This document shows positions 1-18,051 of a stretch of DNA of 64,000 nt, one piece after another. Source of the DNA: Eledone cirrhosa (lineage: Eukaryota); the NCBI GenBank assembly GCA_964016885.1, contig OZ024741.1, positions 93,620,001-93,684,000 of the forward strand. Reading direction: 5' to 3'. Made by a program: the position numbers and the translations under genes. The notes below the pieces were generated by a model that saw only the letters and a list, made by a program, of their open reading frames with translations, had not been told where the DNA came from and did not search any database. How positions within the stretch are numbered: the first letter of the stretch is position 1; each line of letters begins with the position of its first letter.

Positions 1-2840
1 TCGGACAGGAAGGAGAGAACTCATGGTGGGGTTGCTCTGTATATCCGTGAAGATGTCACACCAATTGTACTGTTGACACATTCAAACTCAGTCTGTGACA
101 CACTGATAATACATATGAAGCAACTACAGACGGTAATATGTGTCACATATCGGCCGCCCGATGCCCCCAGTCATGAGGGTAAATTTGAGGATAGCCTAAG
201 TAGGATAGAAGGTCCTTGACAAACTGGACCAGGGTCTCAACATCCTACTGCTGGGAGACTTCAACCTACCAAAGGTCAAATGGCCTGAGGGCCACCTCCT
301 CCCTGGAATGACGTCAATAGAACAGAGACAGACGGAATCCCTGCTGGCCCTCACACACAGGCTGTTCATGGAGCAAGCAATACTCCTCCCAACAAGAGGC
401 GAAAATGTCCTGGACCTCTGTTTTACAAACAACGAAGTGCTCATCCACAATGTAAAGGTGACACCAACAATTCTCTCGGATCATAACTTAGTAGAGCTAA
501 TGATATGTGGTCCAAGAGAACCAACAGAGACAAAACCACCAAGAAGCTCCGGGACGCTATCCAACCTTAACTTCTACAAGGCTAACTGGAAAAAGATTAA
601 GAGTGAAATCCGGAAGCAAACATGGAGTGAAATCATCGCCACACAAGACACTAACACACAATTTCAACACTTCATGACAACGATACACACCATATGCAAA
701 AAGTGTGTCCCGGAGAAAGAGGCAAACAGACACAAAAATCTTATTCCCAGAGATAGGAAAATCCTTATGAGACGTAGAACTAAACTCTCAAACCAGTTGA
801 ATAGTCAACAAAACCAAAACAAGAAGGAATCCTATTTGAAACGTGCACTACTTGACACCGAGATTGCACTCAAACTTTCACATGAGAATGAGAGGGCAAA
901 GAAAGAGAACAGGGCCATAGAAAACATTAAAACAAACCCTAAGGCCTTCTTTAAATTTGCAAAAGAAACTGCCTCAGTACACTGCAAGATTGGACCACTC
1001 TTCCACACGGACGGTTCATTAACCGAAAATCCCCAAGAGATATGTGAAATACTGAACGAACAGTACAAAAGTGTCTTCACATGTCCACTGAGGCACATGC
1101 AAATAACGAAGCCAGAGGAGTTCTTTGATGCCACAACACTACATCAAGAAATGGCAACCATCAACCACATAGACATAACGGAGGAGGATGTGGTGTACGC
1201 CATTGATGAAATTAGAACAGACTCGGCTGCTGGACCTGATGGATTCCCAGCAGTTCTCCTAAAAATATGTAAGCGGGCCTTAGCAACTCCACTGAAGATG
1301 CTCTTCAGAAGCTCCTTGGCTAGCGGTGTACTACCCAGGGAGCTGAAAGAAGGCACAATATGCCCTATCCATAAAGGAGGTAGTAGAGCGGAGGCCAAGA
1401 ACTATAGGCCAGTCTCCCTGACGTCGCATATCAGTAAGGTCATGGAGCGAGTCGTCAGAAAGAAACTAATCACTTTCCTCGAAGAAAATGACCGCCTGAC
1501 TAGCACGCAACATGGCTTCCGCCCAGGAAGAAGCTGCCTTACACAGCTGCTACATCACTACGACTGGGTACTGAGACAACTACTAGACAGCTCACATGTA
1601 GACGTGATATATCTTGACTTTGCGAAGGCCTTTGACAAGGTCGACCACGGAATGATATGTCACAAACTACACGGACTCGGCATAACTGGAAAAGTAGGTG
1701 AGTGGCTGCATGGCTTCCTAAGGGACAGAAGCCAGGCAGTCGCAGCAAATGGGGCCCTCTCGAGGGAAACACCGATAACAAGTGGGGTGCCCCAGGGGAC
1801 AGTCCTGGGACCACTACTGTTTTTGGTGGCTTTCTCAGACATGCCCTCTGTGGTGCATGCAACAACATCCCTCACTAGCTATGCTGATGACACTAAGGTA
1901 GCACAGGCAATCAAAAACCCGGCTGACGCTGCCCTCTTACAGCAGGATCTGGATGCCATATACAGATGGGCGGAAGAAAACAACATGCAGTTTAATGCTG
2001 GCAAATTCCAAGCCCTACAATACAAACCTACAAACACAAACACAAATATAGCGGAACACAGCTACACAGGACCAGGAGGGACCGATATCCCCGTGTCAAA
2101 ATCGATACGACACCTGGGCATAGACATGAGCGATGATGCATCTTTTTCTTCACACATCATGAAGGTGGCGACAACATGTAGACGATTCGCTGGCTGGATC
2201 TTGAGGACTTTCCTTACAAGAGATCGAGACACCATGTTGACACTGTGGAGGACTTTTGTCCTAAGCCGCCTGGACTACTGCTCCCAGCTGTGGTCACCCC
2301 ATAGTGTCAAACTAACCACGGAGCTTGAGGCAATCCAGCGAAGCTACACCAAGAGGATTGCCAAGATGAGGGAGACAAGCTACTGGGAGAGGCTAAAGGA
2401 ACTGAACCTCTACTCCTTGGAGCGAAGACGGGAGAGATACGCAGTGATCTACATGTGGAAAATCCTGGAGGGACTAGCACCAAACTTTGGCATTGGGAGC
2501 TGGACCAACCGTCGAACAGGACGTCACTGTGTGGTGCCAAAGGTCCCGTCTTCCACATCTAGAATAAGGAGCAGGTATTGCAATAGCCTGGGATTCAAGG
2601 GCCCTCAACTCTTCAACAGGCTGCCGAGGCATCTGCGAGACTTGCATGACGTGGAGGTGGATGTCTTTAAGAAACATCTCGACACCTTGTTATCCAGGAT
2701 CCCGGATGAGCCCACAGCAAGACACGAGGGAAACCTAAGGGCAGCAGCAACAAACTCCCTCCTACACCAGTGGCCAACCTATACAGGCTGGAGATAAAAT
2801 GTGTAGCAACAAGGGCGGTGCCCCAGCATGGCCTCAGCCA
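1..2840 (+). mobile_element. Non-LTR retrotransposon (CR1/L2-group LINE), running in from the window edge; short 3' UTR ends in (TA)n
   Basis: Frame 1 from base 1 reads as an APE endonuclease (GGVALYI..TYRPP). It frameshifts near 210 into the frame carrying LLGDFNLP and ORF 308..2797. The 3' end gggcggtgccccagcatggcctcagcc abuts (TA)n. Clade assignment is approximate. Confidence 0.85.
308..2797 (+). CDS. LINE ORF2: end of APE endonuclease plus reverse transcriptase (frameshifted upstream)
   Basis: [62 protein letters not shown] motifs. Confidence 0.92.
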   Translation: MTSIEQRQTESLLALTHRLFMEQAILLPTRGENVLDLCFTNNEVLIHNVKVTPTILSDHNLVELMICGPREPTETKPPRSSGTLSNLNFYKANWKKIKSEIRKQTWSEIIATQDTNTQFQHFMTTIHTICKKCVPEKEANRHKNLIPRDRKILMRRRTKLSNQLNSQQNQNKKESYLKRALLDTEIALKLSHENERAKKENRAIENIKTNPKAFFKFAKETASVHCKIGPLFHTDGSLTENPQEICEILNEQYKSVFTCPLRHMQITKPEEFFDATTLHQEMATINHIDITEEDVVYAIDEIRTDSAAGPDGFPAVLLKICKRALATPLKMLFRSSLASGVLPRELKEGTICPIHKGGSRAEAKNYRPVSLTSHISKVMERVVRKKLITFLEENDRLTSTQHGFRPGRSCLTQLLHHYDWVLRQLLDSSHVDVIYLDFAKAFDKVDHGMICHKLHGLGITGKVGEWLHGFLRDRSQAVAANGALSRETPITSGVPQGTVLGPLLFLVAFSDMPSVVHATTSLTSYADDTKVAQAIKNPADAALLQQDLDAIYRWAEENNMQFNAGKFQALQYKPTNTNTNIAEHSYTGPGGTDIPVSKSIRHLGIDMSDDASFSSHIMKVATTCRRFAGWILRTFLTRDRDTMLTLWRTFVLSRLDYCSQLWSPHSVKLTTELEAIQRSYTKRIAKMRETSYWERLKELNLYSLERRRERYAVIYMWKILEGLAPNFGIGSWTNRRTGRHCVVPKVPSSTSRIRSRYCNSLGFKGPQLFNRLPRHLRDLHDVEVDVFKKHLDTLLSRIPDEPTARHEGNLRAAATNSLLHQWPTYTGWR

Positions 2841-3877
<1,037 letters not shown>

Positions 3878-4070
3878 GTCGTTTCTGAATTTGTTTAGCA
3901 AGATTCTTTATCTGAAATCGTGTGTTGAAACCGATATTGTTATACTTTGGGAGGGTCATGTTGCCAATAAGAAACACACGCACCAGTTGCTTTCACTTCA
4001 ATTTATTATAATAAATTTATAAATTTCTGGTTGGTTGGTTGGTTCCACAACCAGATAGTTGTTTATATAT

Positions 4071-4115
4071 AGTCATAGTTCTTTCGTCACACACTCCGTG
4101 ACCTCTTCAGTGACT
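4071..4115 (-). ncRNA. Type I hammerhead ribozyme in 3' pLTR
   Basis: Minus strand: agtca CTGAAGA g gtcac..gtgac GAAA gaac TA tgact. Stem I agtca/tgact, stem II gtcac/gtgac. Confidence 0.8.
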
Positions 4116-4315
4116 GGGGATTCCTTTCTTTGTTTCTGTGCCTTTCCTTTGTTCTGTCCTACGCCATTTTGTTTCTGTGTGTGTGTTGTGTGCTCAGTCT
4201 GCGCATGCGCCACATCCGGGTGTCTGTGTGTGTTTATGTTCATTTATTTATTTGTTTATTTACATGTTACTGGTTGGTTGTTTGTTCTATGTGTGTGTGT
4301 GTTTTCATTTTGTCC

Positions 4316-4945
4316 TTAATTGTAAGTTGTGATGTTGCTGTTCCACTCATATTTTCTATTTAATTTTGGTTGTAATTCTTTTATGTTTATTGCCTCTGTA
4401 ATTTGTCTAAACATTGCGTCTTTTCTGTGTGTAGATTCTATTTTTATTTCTATGTTCTCTAATTTACCCTTGTATTCTATTTTAGCATGTTGGTAGAGTA
4501 CAGATGATTCTTTACTATCTTGAAGCTCTCGCCAGTGTTGATTTATCCGTTCCCCTACACTACGAGCTGTCTTACCTATGTACACTATATTTTTGTCTCT
4601 ACATTGTCCTTCAGTACATCTTATGCTATACACTACATTTCTAGTTTTACAGTTAATATGGGGGCTTATTTTACAGGTTATACATTTCTTATCTATACAT
4701 GAGGGTCTTTGAAAAGGGTATGTCTTGCTAATAAGTGTTTTTACGGAGGTACCTGGTCTTTCTACTATCTTAATATTGAGTTTATGTTTATTTAGGGCCC
4801 TTCTAAATTTGTAAGCTAATTCACCTCTAGGGGTTGTATCGATGAACATTACACTCTGGTATTTATTGCTATCATACCATGAGTTTATTCTATTAGCCTT
4901 GTTCCTAGTTCTTTCTATTCTATTCCAAAATTTGCTCCTATACAA
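4316..4945 (-). pseudogene. PLE GIY-YIG endonuclease segment
   Basis: CIDKKCITC zinc-finger linker, NVVYSIRC..YIGKTARS..R..H, EAINI..PKLN. Confidence 0.88.
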
Positions 4946-4971
4946 GGGGCAGGTCCCATTTATGTCATTAT

Positions 4972-6999
4972 TTACAATTTTTTCCCATTTGGTTCTGGCT
5001 CTCTATACACTCTGATTTTATCTCTCTGATTGTAGCCAGAGAACTGCATACGGTGGATGAAGTGTTGTATGTGTCTCTCTAGTTCTTCGGGGTTGCACAT
5101 GCGGGACACGTTTCTCATCACCCGTACCAAATCCGCAATCAGTATGTTGATTTTGGTATGGTCCGAAACGGCCGAGTTTCGGTGGATCAGATGTTTGGAA
5201 GTCATGGGTTTGGCATAATGGGAATGGAGGATTTGTTTTTTGTTATTAATGGTATCTAACCAGAGCTCTGTGTCTAGTACAGGTAATCGATGGTTGGGGT
5301 GTTTACTTGGGTAGTCTATAATAACTCTAATGCTCTGGTGGATGGAGTTTGCTATTTGCTGGATGCTTTCCATTGTGTTTTTCTCTAGTTCCTGACTGTT
5401 CTCTAGTGGGGGTGTCTTAACTACGATGTTTATATCATCAACGTAGCGGGAGTACATTATCAGGGTTAAGGGGTCTTCTAATTGTTCTTTAAGTTTAAGT
5501 CTACTGTCCCACCATACCATGAATAAGTTAGCTATGTCGCCTGCAATGCTAACACCAATGGCTGCTCCTTCCTCTTGGGCATATGTTTTTCCATTAAATT
5601 TGAACATATGTTCCTTCAGGGTTAGTTTTATGCTGGCCCCTACCGCATGTGCAATCATTTTCTTCAGTTCATCATGGTTTTCGGGTGTCCGTATGGCTCT
5701 GGTCCACCCGTTCCATCTATCTGTGTGGGTTTTCTTGGCCATTGAGGTAATGGTAGGTGGTCTGCTTCTTGCTGGTCTTGTAGGGCACAGGTTGCTAAGG
5801 TCATATGTGTCTAGGTAATTATTACTATAGGTAAGTTTAAGTAGGAGTCCCAGCTCACTGGTATCAATCCCACGGAACTCAACATTGCTCTCACTGATCA
5901 TTTCTACGCATTTCTCCACAGCAAAATCCACGTCAATAGATGGATACAGGGACACAATATCCATACTACCTATTATGCAGTTTGTTAGGTCCCTAGACCG
6001 GTTACTCACGCCGATTCTGCTGAGGAGGTCCTCCGTGCTGTCACATACATCTGGGGACATTTCGATGATGGGGCGTATGATCAGGGAGAGGAAGTATAAC
6101 AGTCTGTAGTTACTAGCAATGTTAGCTCCACAGACTGGCCGTGTTGGTGGTCCCGCGACAGGGTCACTGCCCGTTTTATTGTCTTTTCGAAGCCCATACA
6201 ACGCCGGCACGTCATTGTTCCAGGCCTGGAAGTTGTTGGCAGTCCTTTTGTTGGGCTGCATTATATTCGTCCACATCACCATATGGGCATTGAGGGCTTT
6301 TTCTCTATCCTCATGCTCCTGTGGTGTTACCTCTCTTGTGTTAGTGATGTGGGGTTGCATTGCCTGGATGTAGTTTGGCAGGCTGTCAACCGACATTCTG
6401 CCAGACTTGTCTGTTGGAAAGCATGCTATCTCTCCATTACGCGAGCGCTGCATGAGCTTACGCAAGCCATTTGCAGATTTTTCTCCCAGTTGCTGGGCCT
6501 CCATTCTATTATGCTTCTTGCTATACTGTTCTATAATATTTCTAAGTTCGGATCTAGCTATACTAAATTGTGCTTCTGTTTGTTCATCGACCTGCGACGG
6601 CAATTGCGTGCGTTTGTTAAATGGTAAAGTCGTGGCGTGGACTCCTCGCAGGTCGAACGATTTATCGGAGGGATTATAAAAAGTAGAGTTCCAGGCTGCT
6701 GCTTTATGTGTACTAGTGCTATTGTTATTGTTAGTTGTGTTGTTTCTATTTCCACCAACACCCTCATGGTTGTTTCTATGTCTCTCATAATTACTCCTGT
6801 CTCTTTCCACTGGCTCATTGTTGTTATCTACCCTATTTTGTGTGTCTGTGTGTTCATCTTGGTTATTTTCTTTGTCCTTAGTCTCCCTTCTCCTTTTAAT
6901 CCTATTACTTTCCCTTATTTCTGTGATTTCTGTGCTACTGTCATTACTTGTTTTCTGTGTCTGTGTGTTTGTTAAGATTGTGGTGGTGGTGAGAGGCAT
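4972..6999 (-). pseudogene. PLE reverse transcriptase segment
   Basis: TDKSGR, LYGLRKD.K, RPVC, SMDIVSLYPSI, G.AIG, RYVDD, LPVLD, YAKP. Confidence 0.9.
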
Positions 7000-8020
7000 T
7001 GAATGTGTGTGTGTTGTTGTTGTTGATGTGTGCTGTTGTTGATGTGTGTTGTTGTTGTCTCCGTGTGTTATTATTGTTGTGTGTGTTGTTATTGTTGTTT
7101 GTTTCTGCGTGTCTGTTATTGTTGTTTCTGGGTATGTTATTATTGTTGTTGTTGTTGGTGTGTGTGTTGTTGTTATTGTTGTTTGTGGCTGTGTGTCTGT
7201 TGTTGTTGGGATGTGTGTTGTATATGTGTGTGCGTATATTGTTGCTTTTGTTTTTGTTTTTGAGGCTCCAGTGTAGTTTTGTAAATGATTTTTCTATTTC
7301 TGACAGACAACTAATCATATTTACCTTCTTGAATGTTGCATACTTAGGTGGAAGTTGTAATGCAGATAATTCATCGTCATCTATTATTGTGTTGCCGTAT
7401 ATATTTGTGTTGTTGTTGTTGTTGAACTCATCTGTTAATGAGGTGTCGGCCATATTTATACCGTCAATTTTGTCGGGATATCTATTGGTTTTCTCTATAG
7501 TATCCTGATTTAGCTTTATCTGCTTAAGCCACTTTAGTTTCTTGTTAAAGTGCTTATCACATTTTTGAGTAATGTACTGTTCTTCAGGACGTATAAGGCT
7601 TATAAATATTAGTTTCTCTCTTGGTGTGGTTATCCTAGCTATTTCTTGTATTAGGTTATGCTTATGTTTTTCTTGATGACTTAATTCTCTATAGATCTTC
7701 TTTTTTATGTTTAGAATTAGTGTTCGTTTTAGCCTATCTGCTTGTTTTTTGGTGAGTTGTAATCTTCTTACGTCGGTGTTGATGGTGTTGGTGGAAACTC
7801 GGGACGAGGCACATTCTTTTATGAAGTGTAGTTGTCGAGATGTTATGGTTTTTCGTAGACAACAGAACATGGTGGTTTTCAGTATCTTGTTAGCCTGGCT
7901 AAGGCTTACGATATTTCGTTTCTGAATTTGTTTAGCAAGATTCTTTATCTGAAATCGAGTGTTGAAACCGATATTGTTATACTTTGGGAGGGTCATGTTG
8001 CCAATAAGAAACAGACGCAC
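6944..8020 (-). pseudogene. PLE ORF N-terminal segment with Asn/Thr-rich tract
   Basis: Upstream of the RT segment on the same strand. LQLPPKYA resembles the PLE N-terminal motif. The frameshift lies in AAC/ACA repeats. Confidence 0.7.
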
Positions 8021-8110
8021 CAGTTGCTTTCACTTCAATTTATTATTATAATAAATTTATAAATTTCTGGTTGGTTGGTTGGTTCCACAACCAGATAGTT
8101 GTTTATATAT

Positions 8111-8155
8111 TGTCATAGTTCTTTCGTCACACACTCTGTGACCTGTTCAGTGACT
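8111..8155 (-). ncRNA. Mutated hammerhead in 5' pLTR (core CTGAACA)
   Basis: Same fold as 4071-4115 but with a G8-to-C change. Confidence 0.65.
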
Positions 8156-8244
8156 GGGGATTCCTTTCTTTGTTTCTGTGCCTCTCCTTTGTTCTGTCCT
8201 ACGCCATTTTGTTTCTGTGTGTGTGTTGTGTGCTCAGTCTGCGC

Positions 8245-9533
<1,289 letters not shown>

Positions 9534-9693
9534 AATTGGAATAAATGCTCTGAAATAGCGATATATATGTGAATATAGACATAGAATATTCGAAAATATT
9601 CTGTATGTTTATAATAAACATTTTGAAGACCTAATCGCTATAGAATAGAATACGTCACGTATTACAATTAGATTCTCGATAAAAGCAAGGGAA

Positions 9694-9736
9694 GTAATCT
9701 ACGCGTTTCATTCTCGTTAGAAATCATCAGGACTAC
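9694..9736 (-). ncRNA. Type I hammerhead (also 10004-10046, 10314-10356)
   Basis: Reverse complement of the motif at 10544-10586. Confidence 0.85.
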
Positions 9737-10543
9737 ATATCCAGTGCTTTTATCGAGAATGACACAGCTAGAGACTTATAGAATACTTAGCTGTGTACAG
9801 GAACTGGTTTGAAAGAGCGGTTGCCGGTCCGGCAGAAATTAGAAATTGGAATAAATGCTCTGAAATAGCGATATATATGTGAATATAGACATAGAATATT
9901 CGAAAATATTCTGTATGTTTATAATAAACATTTTGAAGACCTAATCGCTATAGAATAGAATACGTCACGTATTACAATTAGATTCTCGATAAAAGCAAGG
10001 GAAGTAATCTACGCGTTTCATTCTCGTTAGAAATCATCAGGACTACATATCCAGTGCTTTTATCGAGAATGACACAGCTAGAGACTTATAGAATACTTAG
10101 CTGTGTACAGGAACTGGTTTGAAAGAGCGGTTGCCGGTCCGGCAGAAATTAGAAATTGGAATAAATGCTCTGAAATAGCGATATATATGTGAATATAGAC
10201 ATAGAATATTCGAAAATATTCTGTATGTTTATAATAAACATTTTGAAGACCTAATCGCTATAGAATAGAATACGTCACGTATTACAATTAGATTCTCGAT
10301 AAAAGCAAGGGAAGTAATCTACGCGTTTCATTCTCGTTAGAAATCATCAGGACTACATATCCAGTGCTTTTATCGAGAATGACACAGCTAGAGACTTATA
10401 GAATACTTAGCTGTGTACAGGAACTGGTTTGAAAGAGCGGTTGCCGGTCCGGCAGAAATTAGAAATTGGAATAAATGCTCTGTACACAGCTAAGTATTCT
10501 ATAAGTCTCTAGCTGTGTCATTCTCGATAAAAGCACTGGATAT

Positions 10544-10586
10544 GTAGTCCTGATGATTTCTAACGAGAATGAAACGCGTAGATTAC
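10544..10586 (+). ncRNA. Type I hammerhead (repeated every 310 bp: 10854, 11164, 11474, 11784, 12094, 12404)
   Basis: gtagtc CTGATGA t ttct aacg agaa t GAAA cgcg TA gattac. Palindromic stem III ACGCGT, GUA site. Distal stem I ttctcgataaaagca/tgcttttatcgagaa (10521-10535/10593-10607). Confidence 0.88.
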
Positions 10587-12569
10587 TTCCCTTGCTTTTA
10601 TCGAGAATCTAATTGTAATACGTGACGTATTCTATTCTATAGCGATTAGGTCTTCAAAATGTTTATTATAAACATACAGAATATTTTCGAATATTCTATG
10701 TCTATATTCACATATATATCGCTATTTCAGAGCATTTATTCCAATTTCTAATTTCTGCCGGACCGGCAACCGCTCTTTCAAACCAGTTCCTGTACACAGC
10801 TAAGTATTCTATAAGTCTCTAGCTGTGTCATTCTCGATAAAAGCACTGGATATGTAGTCCTGATGATTTCTAACGAGAATGAAACGCGTAGATTACTTCC
10901 CTTGCTTTTATCGAGAATCTAATTGTAATACGTGACGTATTCTATTCTATAGCGATTAGGTCTTCAAAATGTTTATTATAAACATACAGAATATTTTCGA
11001 ATATTCTATGTCTATATTCACATATATATCGCTATTTCAGAGCATTTATTCCAATTTCTAATTTCTGCCGGACCGGCAACCGCTCTTTCAAACCAGTTCC
11101 TGTACACAGCTAAGTACTCTATAAGTCTCTAGCTGTGTCATTCTCGATAAAAGCACTGGATATGTAGTCCTGATGATTTCTAACGAGAATGAAACGCGTA
11201 GATTACTTCCCTTGCTTTTATCGAGAATCTAATTGTAATACGTGATGTATTCTATTCTATAGCGATTAGGTCTTCAAAATGTTTATTATAAACATACAGA
11301 ATATTTTCGAATATTCTATGTCTATATTCACATATATATCGCTATTTCAGAGCATTTATTCCAATTTCTAATTTCTGCCGGACCGGCAACCGCTCTTTCA
11401 AACCAGTTCCTGTACACAGCTAAGTATTCTATAAGTCTCTAGCTGTGTCATTCTCGATAAAAGCACTGGATATGTAGTCCTGATGATTTCTAACGAGAAT
11501 GAAACGCGTAGATTACTTCCCTTGCTTTTATCGAGAATCTAATTGTAATACGTGACGTATTCTATTCTATAGCGATTAGGTCTTCAAAATGTTTATTATA
11601 AACATACAGAATATTTTCGAATATTCTATGTCTATATTCACATATATATCGCTATTTCAGAGCATTTATTCCAATTTCTAATTTCTGCCGGACCGGCAAC
11701 CGCTCTTTCAAACCAGTTCCTGTACACAGCTAAGTATTCTATAAGTCTCTAGCTGTGTCATTCTCGATAAAAGCACTGGATATGTAGTCCTGATGATTTC
11801 TAACGAGAATGAAACGCGTAGATTACTTCCCTTGCTTTTATCGAGAATCTAATTGTAATACGTGACGTATTCTATTCTATAGCGATTAGGTCTTCAAAAT
11901 GTTTATTATAAACATACAGAATATTTTCGAATATTCTATGTCTATATTCACATATATATCGCTATTTCAGAGCATTTATTCCAATTTCTAATTTCTGCCG
12001 GACCGGCAACCGCTCTTTCAAACCAGTTCCTGTACACAGCTAAGTATTCTATAAGTCTCTAGCTGTGTCATTCTCGATAAAAGCACTGGATATGTAGTCC
12101 TGATGATTTCTAACGAGAATGAAACGCGTAGATTACTTCCCTTGCTTTTATCGAGAATCTAATTGTAATACGTGACGTATTCTATTCTATAGCGATTAGG
12201 TCTTCAAAATGTTTATTATAAACATACAGAATATTTTCGAATATTCTATGTCTATATTCACATATATATCGCTATTTCAGAGCATTTATTCCAATTTCTA
12301 ATTTCTGCCGGACCGGCAACCGCTCTTTCAAACCAGTTCCTGTACACAGCTAAGTATTCTATAAGTCTCTAGCTGTGTCATTCTCGATAAAAGCACTGGA
12401 TATGTAGTCCTGATGATTTCTAACGAGAATGAAACGCGTAGATTACTTCCCTTGCTTTTATCGAGAATCTAATTGTAATACGTGACGTATTCTATTCTAT
12501 AGCGATTAGGTCTTCAAAATGTTTATTATAAACATACAGAATATTTTCGAATATTCTATGTCTATATTC

Positions 12570-14405
<1,836 letters not shown>

Positions 14406-14407
14406 GT

Positions 14408-15927
14408 ACTTAGCCCCCTACTATTTATTATTGCCCTTCAGGCTATAACAGAGGAGTTCAAGACCGGCTGCCCATGGGAACTCCTATACGCAGATGATCT
14501 AACGCTCATAGCTGAATCAATGACCGAACTAGAGAAGAAATTCCAAACGTGGAAGCACGGCCTAGAATCAAAAGGCCTTAAAATTAACCTGGCTAAGACT
14601 AAAGTTCTAGTTTGTAGGAAAGAAAATAAGGCGGCGGTCCCATCGGGGAAATGGCCATGCTCAGTGTGTAGGAAAGGCGTAGGTAGAAACTCCATTTTAT
14701 GTCCCAAATGCAAAGTATGGGTGCATAAAAGATGTAGTGGGATCACAGGTAAGCTAACTAAGAACATAGATTTTACATGTGGCCGGTGCTCTGGTGCAAT
14801 AAGTAGCAGCAAGTGCCCACAAAATACTAGCTCCTTCAACTGCGCAGAGGGTTCGATAGAAATAGTGGACAGCTTCCGTTATCTGGGTGACAAAATCAGC
14901 AGTGGGGGAGGGTGCTCTGAAAGTACAGTAGCTAGAGTCAGAACTGGATGGAAAAAGTTCAGAGAGCTTATACCACTATTAGCCGCTAGAGGGTTCTCCC
15001 TAAAAATGAAAGGCAGGTTATACGATGCCTGCATACGAACAGCAATGCTGCATGGCAGTGAGACCTGGGCATTGTGTGCAGAGGATATACGCAGACTAGA
15101 GAGGAACGAAGCTTGCATGCTCCGCTGGATGTGCAATAGTAATATACGTGAACGGCAAAGCATAAACGAACTAAGGAAAAAATTAGAAATAAGAGGGATC
15201 AGATGTTGTTTACTCGAGAGAAGGCTACGTTGGTACGGTCACGTGATGCGCATGAAAGACGACAGCTGTATAACAAAGTGCAGGGCAATAAAGATAGACG
15301 GTAGCCACGGAGTAGGCAGACCCAGAAAAACATGGGACGAGCTGATAAATTCCGACCTCACACGCTTACACCTCTCCAAGACAATGTCACTGGACCGAGA
15401 CCTTTGGCGGTACTCAGTAATAGAGAAGACCCGCCTTACCTAAATACAAAGTAAAAACCTACTACAGTCAGTAGGCACCTCTATCAAAACACACCCCCGT
15501 CCCACCACCTCCACCCCACCAACACCGCCCCTTTCAATGTAAAGTTATGTTGGTCCCACAACATCCAGGCCGAAACAAATGAGATCGTGTAGGTGTCACG
15601 ACAAAAAACACACAGTCCACGCTGTAAATGTGGCCGTGTAGGCAACACGGTAAAAACCTCCCAGCCCCACACTGTAAATGTGGTTGGTGTTAGGAAGGGC
15701 ATCCAGCTGTAGAAAACCAGCCAGACAGTCCACGCTGTAATGTGGCCGTGTAGGCAACACGGTAAAAACCTCCCAGCCCCACACTGTAAATGTGGTTGGT
15801 GTTAGGAAGGGCATCCAACTGTAGAAAACCCGCCAGACAGTCCTATGCGAGCAAGACAACCACTCTTGCCTCAAGTGGGAAAACCCCCGTCCAAACCCAT
15901 GCAAGCGTGGAACACGGACGCTAAACC

Positions 15928-15964
<37 letters not shown>
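14408..15964 (+). mobile_element. RTE LINE family A, 5'-truncated (ORF 14520..15443), with ~110-bp tandem duplication in 3' UTR
   Basis: LLYADD, PHD-like Cys cluster, [16 protein letters not shown], (GAT)n tail. Confidence 0.92.
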
Positions 15965-15988
15965 ATATATATATATATATATATATAT

Positions 15989-18051
15989 AGATTACTAAAT
16001 GAGGAGATTACTAAATGAGGAGAATGCATGGGAAGAAGAGACCCTACCCCACGTAGACCCTATAGAGGGACCAGCAGTACAAGTCAGCGGCAGCGTAGTA
16101 AGTAAGGCAATCAGAGATATGAAGATAGGGAAGGCAACCGGTCCATCGGGTATAGCTGCCGAGATGCTGAAGGCATCTGGGTCTGTAGGTCACACTATAA
16201 CCACACGTATCGTTAACCAGGTAATACTAGAGGGGGCCATACCAAAAGATTGGTGCAGTAGCATCATTGTCAACTGCTACAAAGGTAAAGGCGATGTACT
16301 AGATAGAGGAAACTATAGAGGTATAAAGTTGATGGACCAGGTCATGAAAGTAACAGAAAGAGTTATAGCACAGCTGATTAGGGACCGGGTGAATATAGAC
16401 GAGATGCAATTTGGGTTTGTTCCAGGGAAAGGCACCACTGATGCGCTCTTCCTTGTGAGGCAATTACAGGAAAAGTACCTAGCTAAAAGTAAGCCACTCT
16501 ACTTGGCATTTGTCGACCTTGAGAAAGCCTTTGACAGAGTTCCACGTGCAGTAATCTGGTGGGCTCTTAGAAAACTAGGAGTAGATGAATGGCTTGTGAA
16601 AGCGGTACAAGCCATGTATAGGGGAGCAGTCAGCAAAGTTAGGATTGGCAATGAGTATAGCGAGGAATTTAGCGTACAGGTTGGGGTCCACCAGGGCTCT
16701 GTTCTTAGCCCTCTCCTGTTCATCATAGTCCTGCAGGCAATAACGGAGGAGTTTAAGACCGGATGCCCATGGGAACTCCTGTATGCTGATGACCTCGCAC
16801 TCATAGCTGAATCTATGGTAGAACTAGAGAATAAATTCCAAACCTGGAAGCAGGGACTAGAGAGAAAGGGCCTCAAAGTCAACATGACAAAGACTAAGGT
16901 CCTTATAAGTAGACGAGAAAACAGAACCCAGATCCCCTCAGGGAAATGGCCTTGCTCAGTATGTAGGAAAGGTGTAGGTAGGAACTCCATTCTTTGCCCC
17001 AAATGCAAACAATGGGTACACAAGAGATGTAGCGGGATCTCAGGAAGCTTAATTAAGAATGTAGGATTCACATGCAGCAGCTGTGCTGAAACAGCAAGCA
17101 AACAGCCACAGGAAACAAGTACCACCAATCTCTGGGAGGGCCCTGTAGAAACAGTAGACAGCTTCTGCTACCTAGGTGACCGAATTAGCAACGGAGGTGG
17201 GTGCTCAGAAAGTACAATAACTAGGGTAAGAACGGGATGGAAGAAGTTTAGGGAACTACTACCACTGCTAGCTGCAAAAGGCTTCTCCCTCAGAATGAAA
17301 GGCAGACTGTATGATGCGTGTATCCGAACAGCGATGTTGCATGGTAGTGAGACCTGGGCGCTGAAGGTGGAAGACTTACGTAGATTAGAGAGAAACGAAG
17401 CCTGCATGCTCCGATGGATGTGTAACAGTAATATACGTGAACGACAAAGCATAAATGAATTGAGAGAGAGACTGAGCATAAGAGGAATCAAATGCTGCGT
17501 GCAGGAGAGGCGGTTACGCTGGTATGGACATGTGATGCGTATGAAGGATGACAGCTGCATAAAAAGGTGCAGAGCACTAGAAGTTGATGGAAACCGCGGA
17601 GTGGGGAGACCCAAGATGACTTGGGATGAGGTGATAAAAGCCGACCTTACCCAACTACACCTCTCAAAGTCAATGACACACGACCGTGACTTCTGGCGTC
17701 ACGCAGTAATACAGGGTACCCGACCTCCCATGGGTACATGCTGAAGCATATAAACAATATGCCCCCCCCCCCACCCACCGCAAGGTGGTCGTGGAGGTGC
17801 CACGGCAAAAAAGCACCCAGCCCACACTGTAAAGTGGACGTGTAGGCGCCACGAAAAAGCACCCAGCACTCACTGTAAATGAGGTTGGTGTTAGGAAGGG
17901 CATCCAGCTGTAGAAATCAAGCCAGATCAGTTCCTGTATGAGCAAGGCATGGTCAGCCGACCAGACACTGCCCACAACAGGACAACCCGTCTAACCCATG
18001 CTAGCGTGGAAGAACGGACGTAAAACGGTGATGATGATGATGATGATGATG
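15989..18051 (+). mobile_element. RTE LINE family B, 5'-truncated
   Basis: RT ORF 15999..17744 is diverged from family A; distinct 3' UTR; (GAT)n tail. Confidence 0.92.
15999..17744 (+). CDS. RTE reverse transcriptase (partial) with PHD-like finger
   Basis: [39 protein letters not shown]. Confidence 0.9.
   Translation: MRRLLNEENAWEEETLPHVDPIEGPAVQVSGSVVSKAIRDMKIGKATGPSGIAAEMLKASGSVGHTITTRIVNQVILEGAIPKDWCSSIIVNCYKGKGDVLDRGNYRGIKLMDQVMKVTERVIAQLIRDRVNIDEMQFGFVPGKGTTDALFLVRQLQEKYLAKSKPLYLAFVDLEKAFDRVPRAVIWWALRKLGVDEWLVKAVQAMYRGAVSKVRIGNEYSEEFSVQVGVHQGSVLSPLLFIIVLQAITEEFKTGCPWELLYADDLALIAESMVELENKFQTWKQGLERKGLKVNMTKTKVLISRRENRTQIPSGKWPCSVCRKGVGRNSILCPKCKQWVHKRCSGISGSLIKNVGFTCSSCAETASKQPQETSTTNLWEGPVETVDSFCYLGDRISNGGGCSESTITRVRTGWKKFRELLPLLAAKGFSLRMKGRLYDACIRTAMLHGSETWALKVEDLRRLERNEACMLRWMCNSNIRERQSINELRERLSIRGIKCCVQERRLRWYGHVMRMKDDSCIKRCRALEVDGNRGVGRPKMTWDEVIKADLTQLHLSKSMTHDRDFWRHAVIQGTRPPMGTC

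Noticed and set aside
15989-16020. 16-bp direct repeat as a target-site duplication
   Set aside because: It duplicates the element's own 5' truncation point, not flanking DNA
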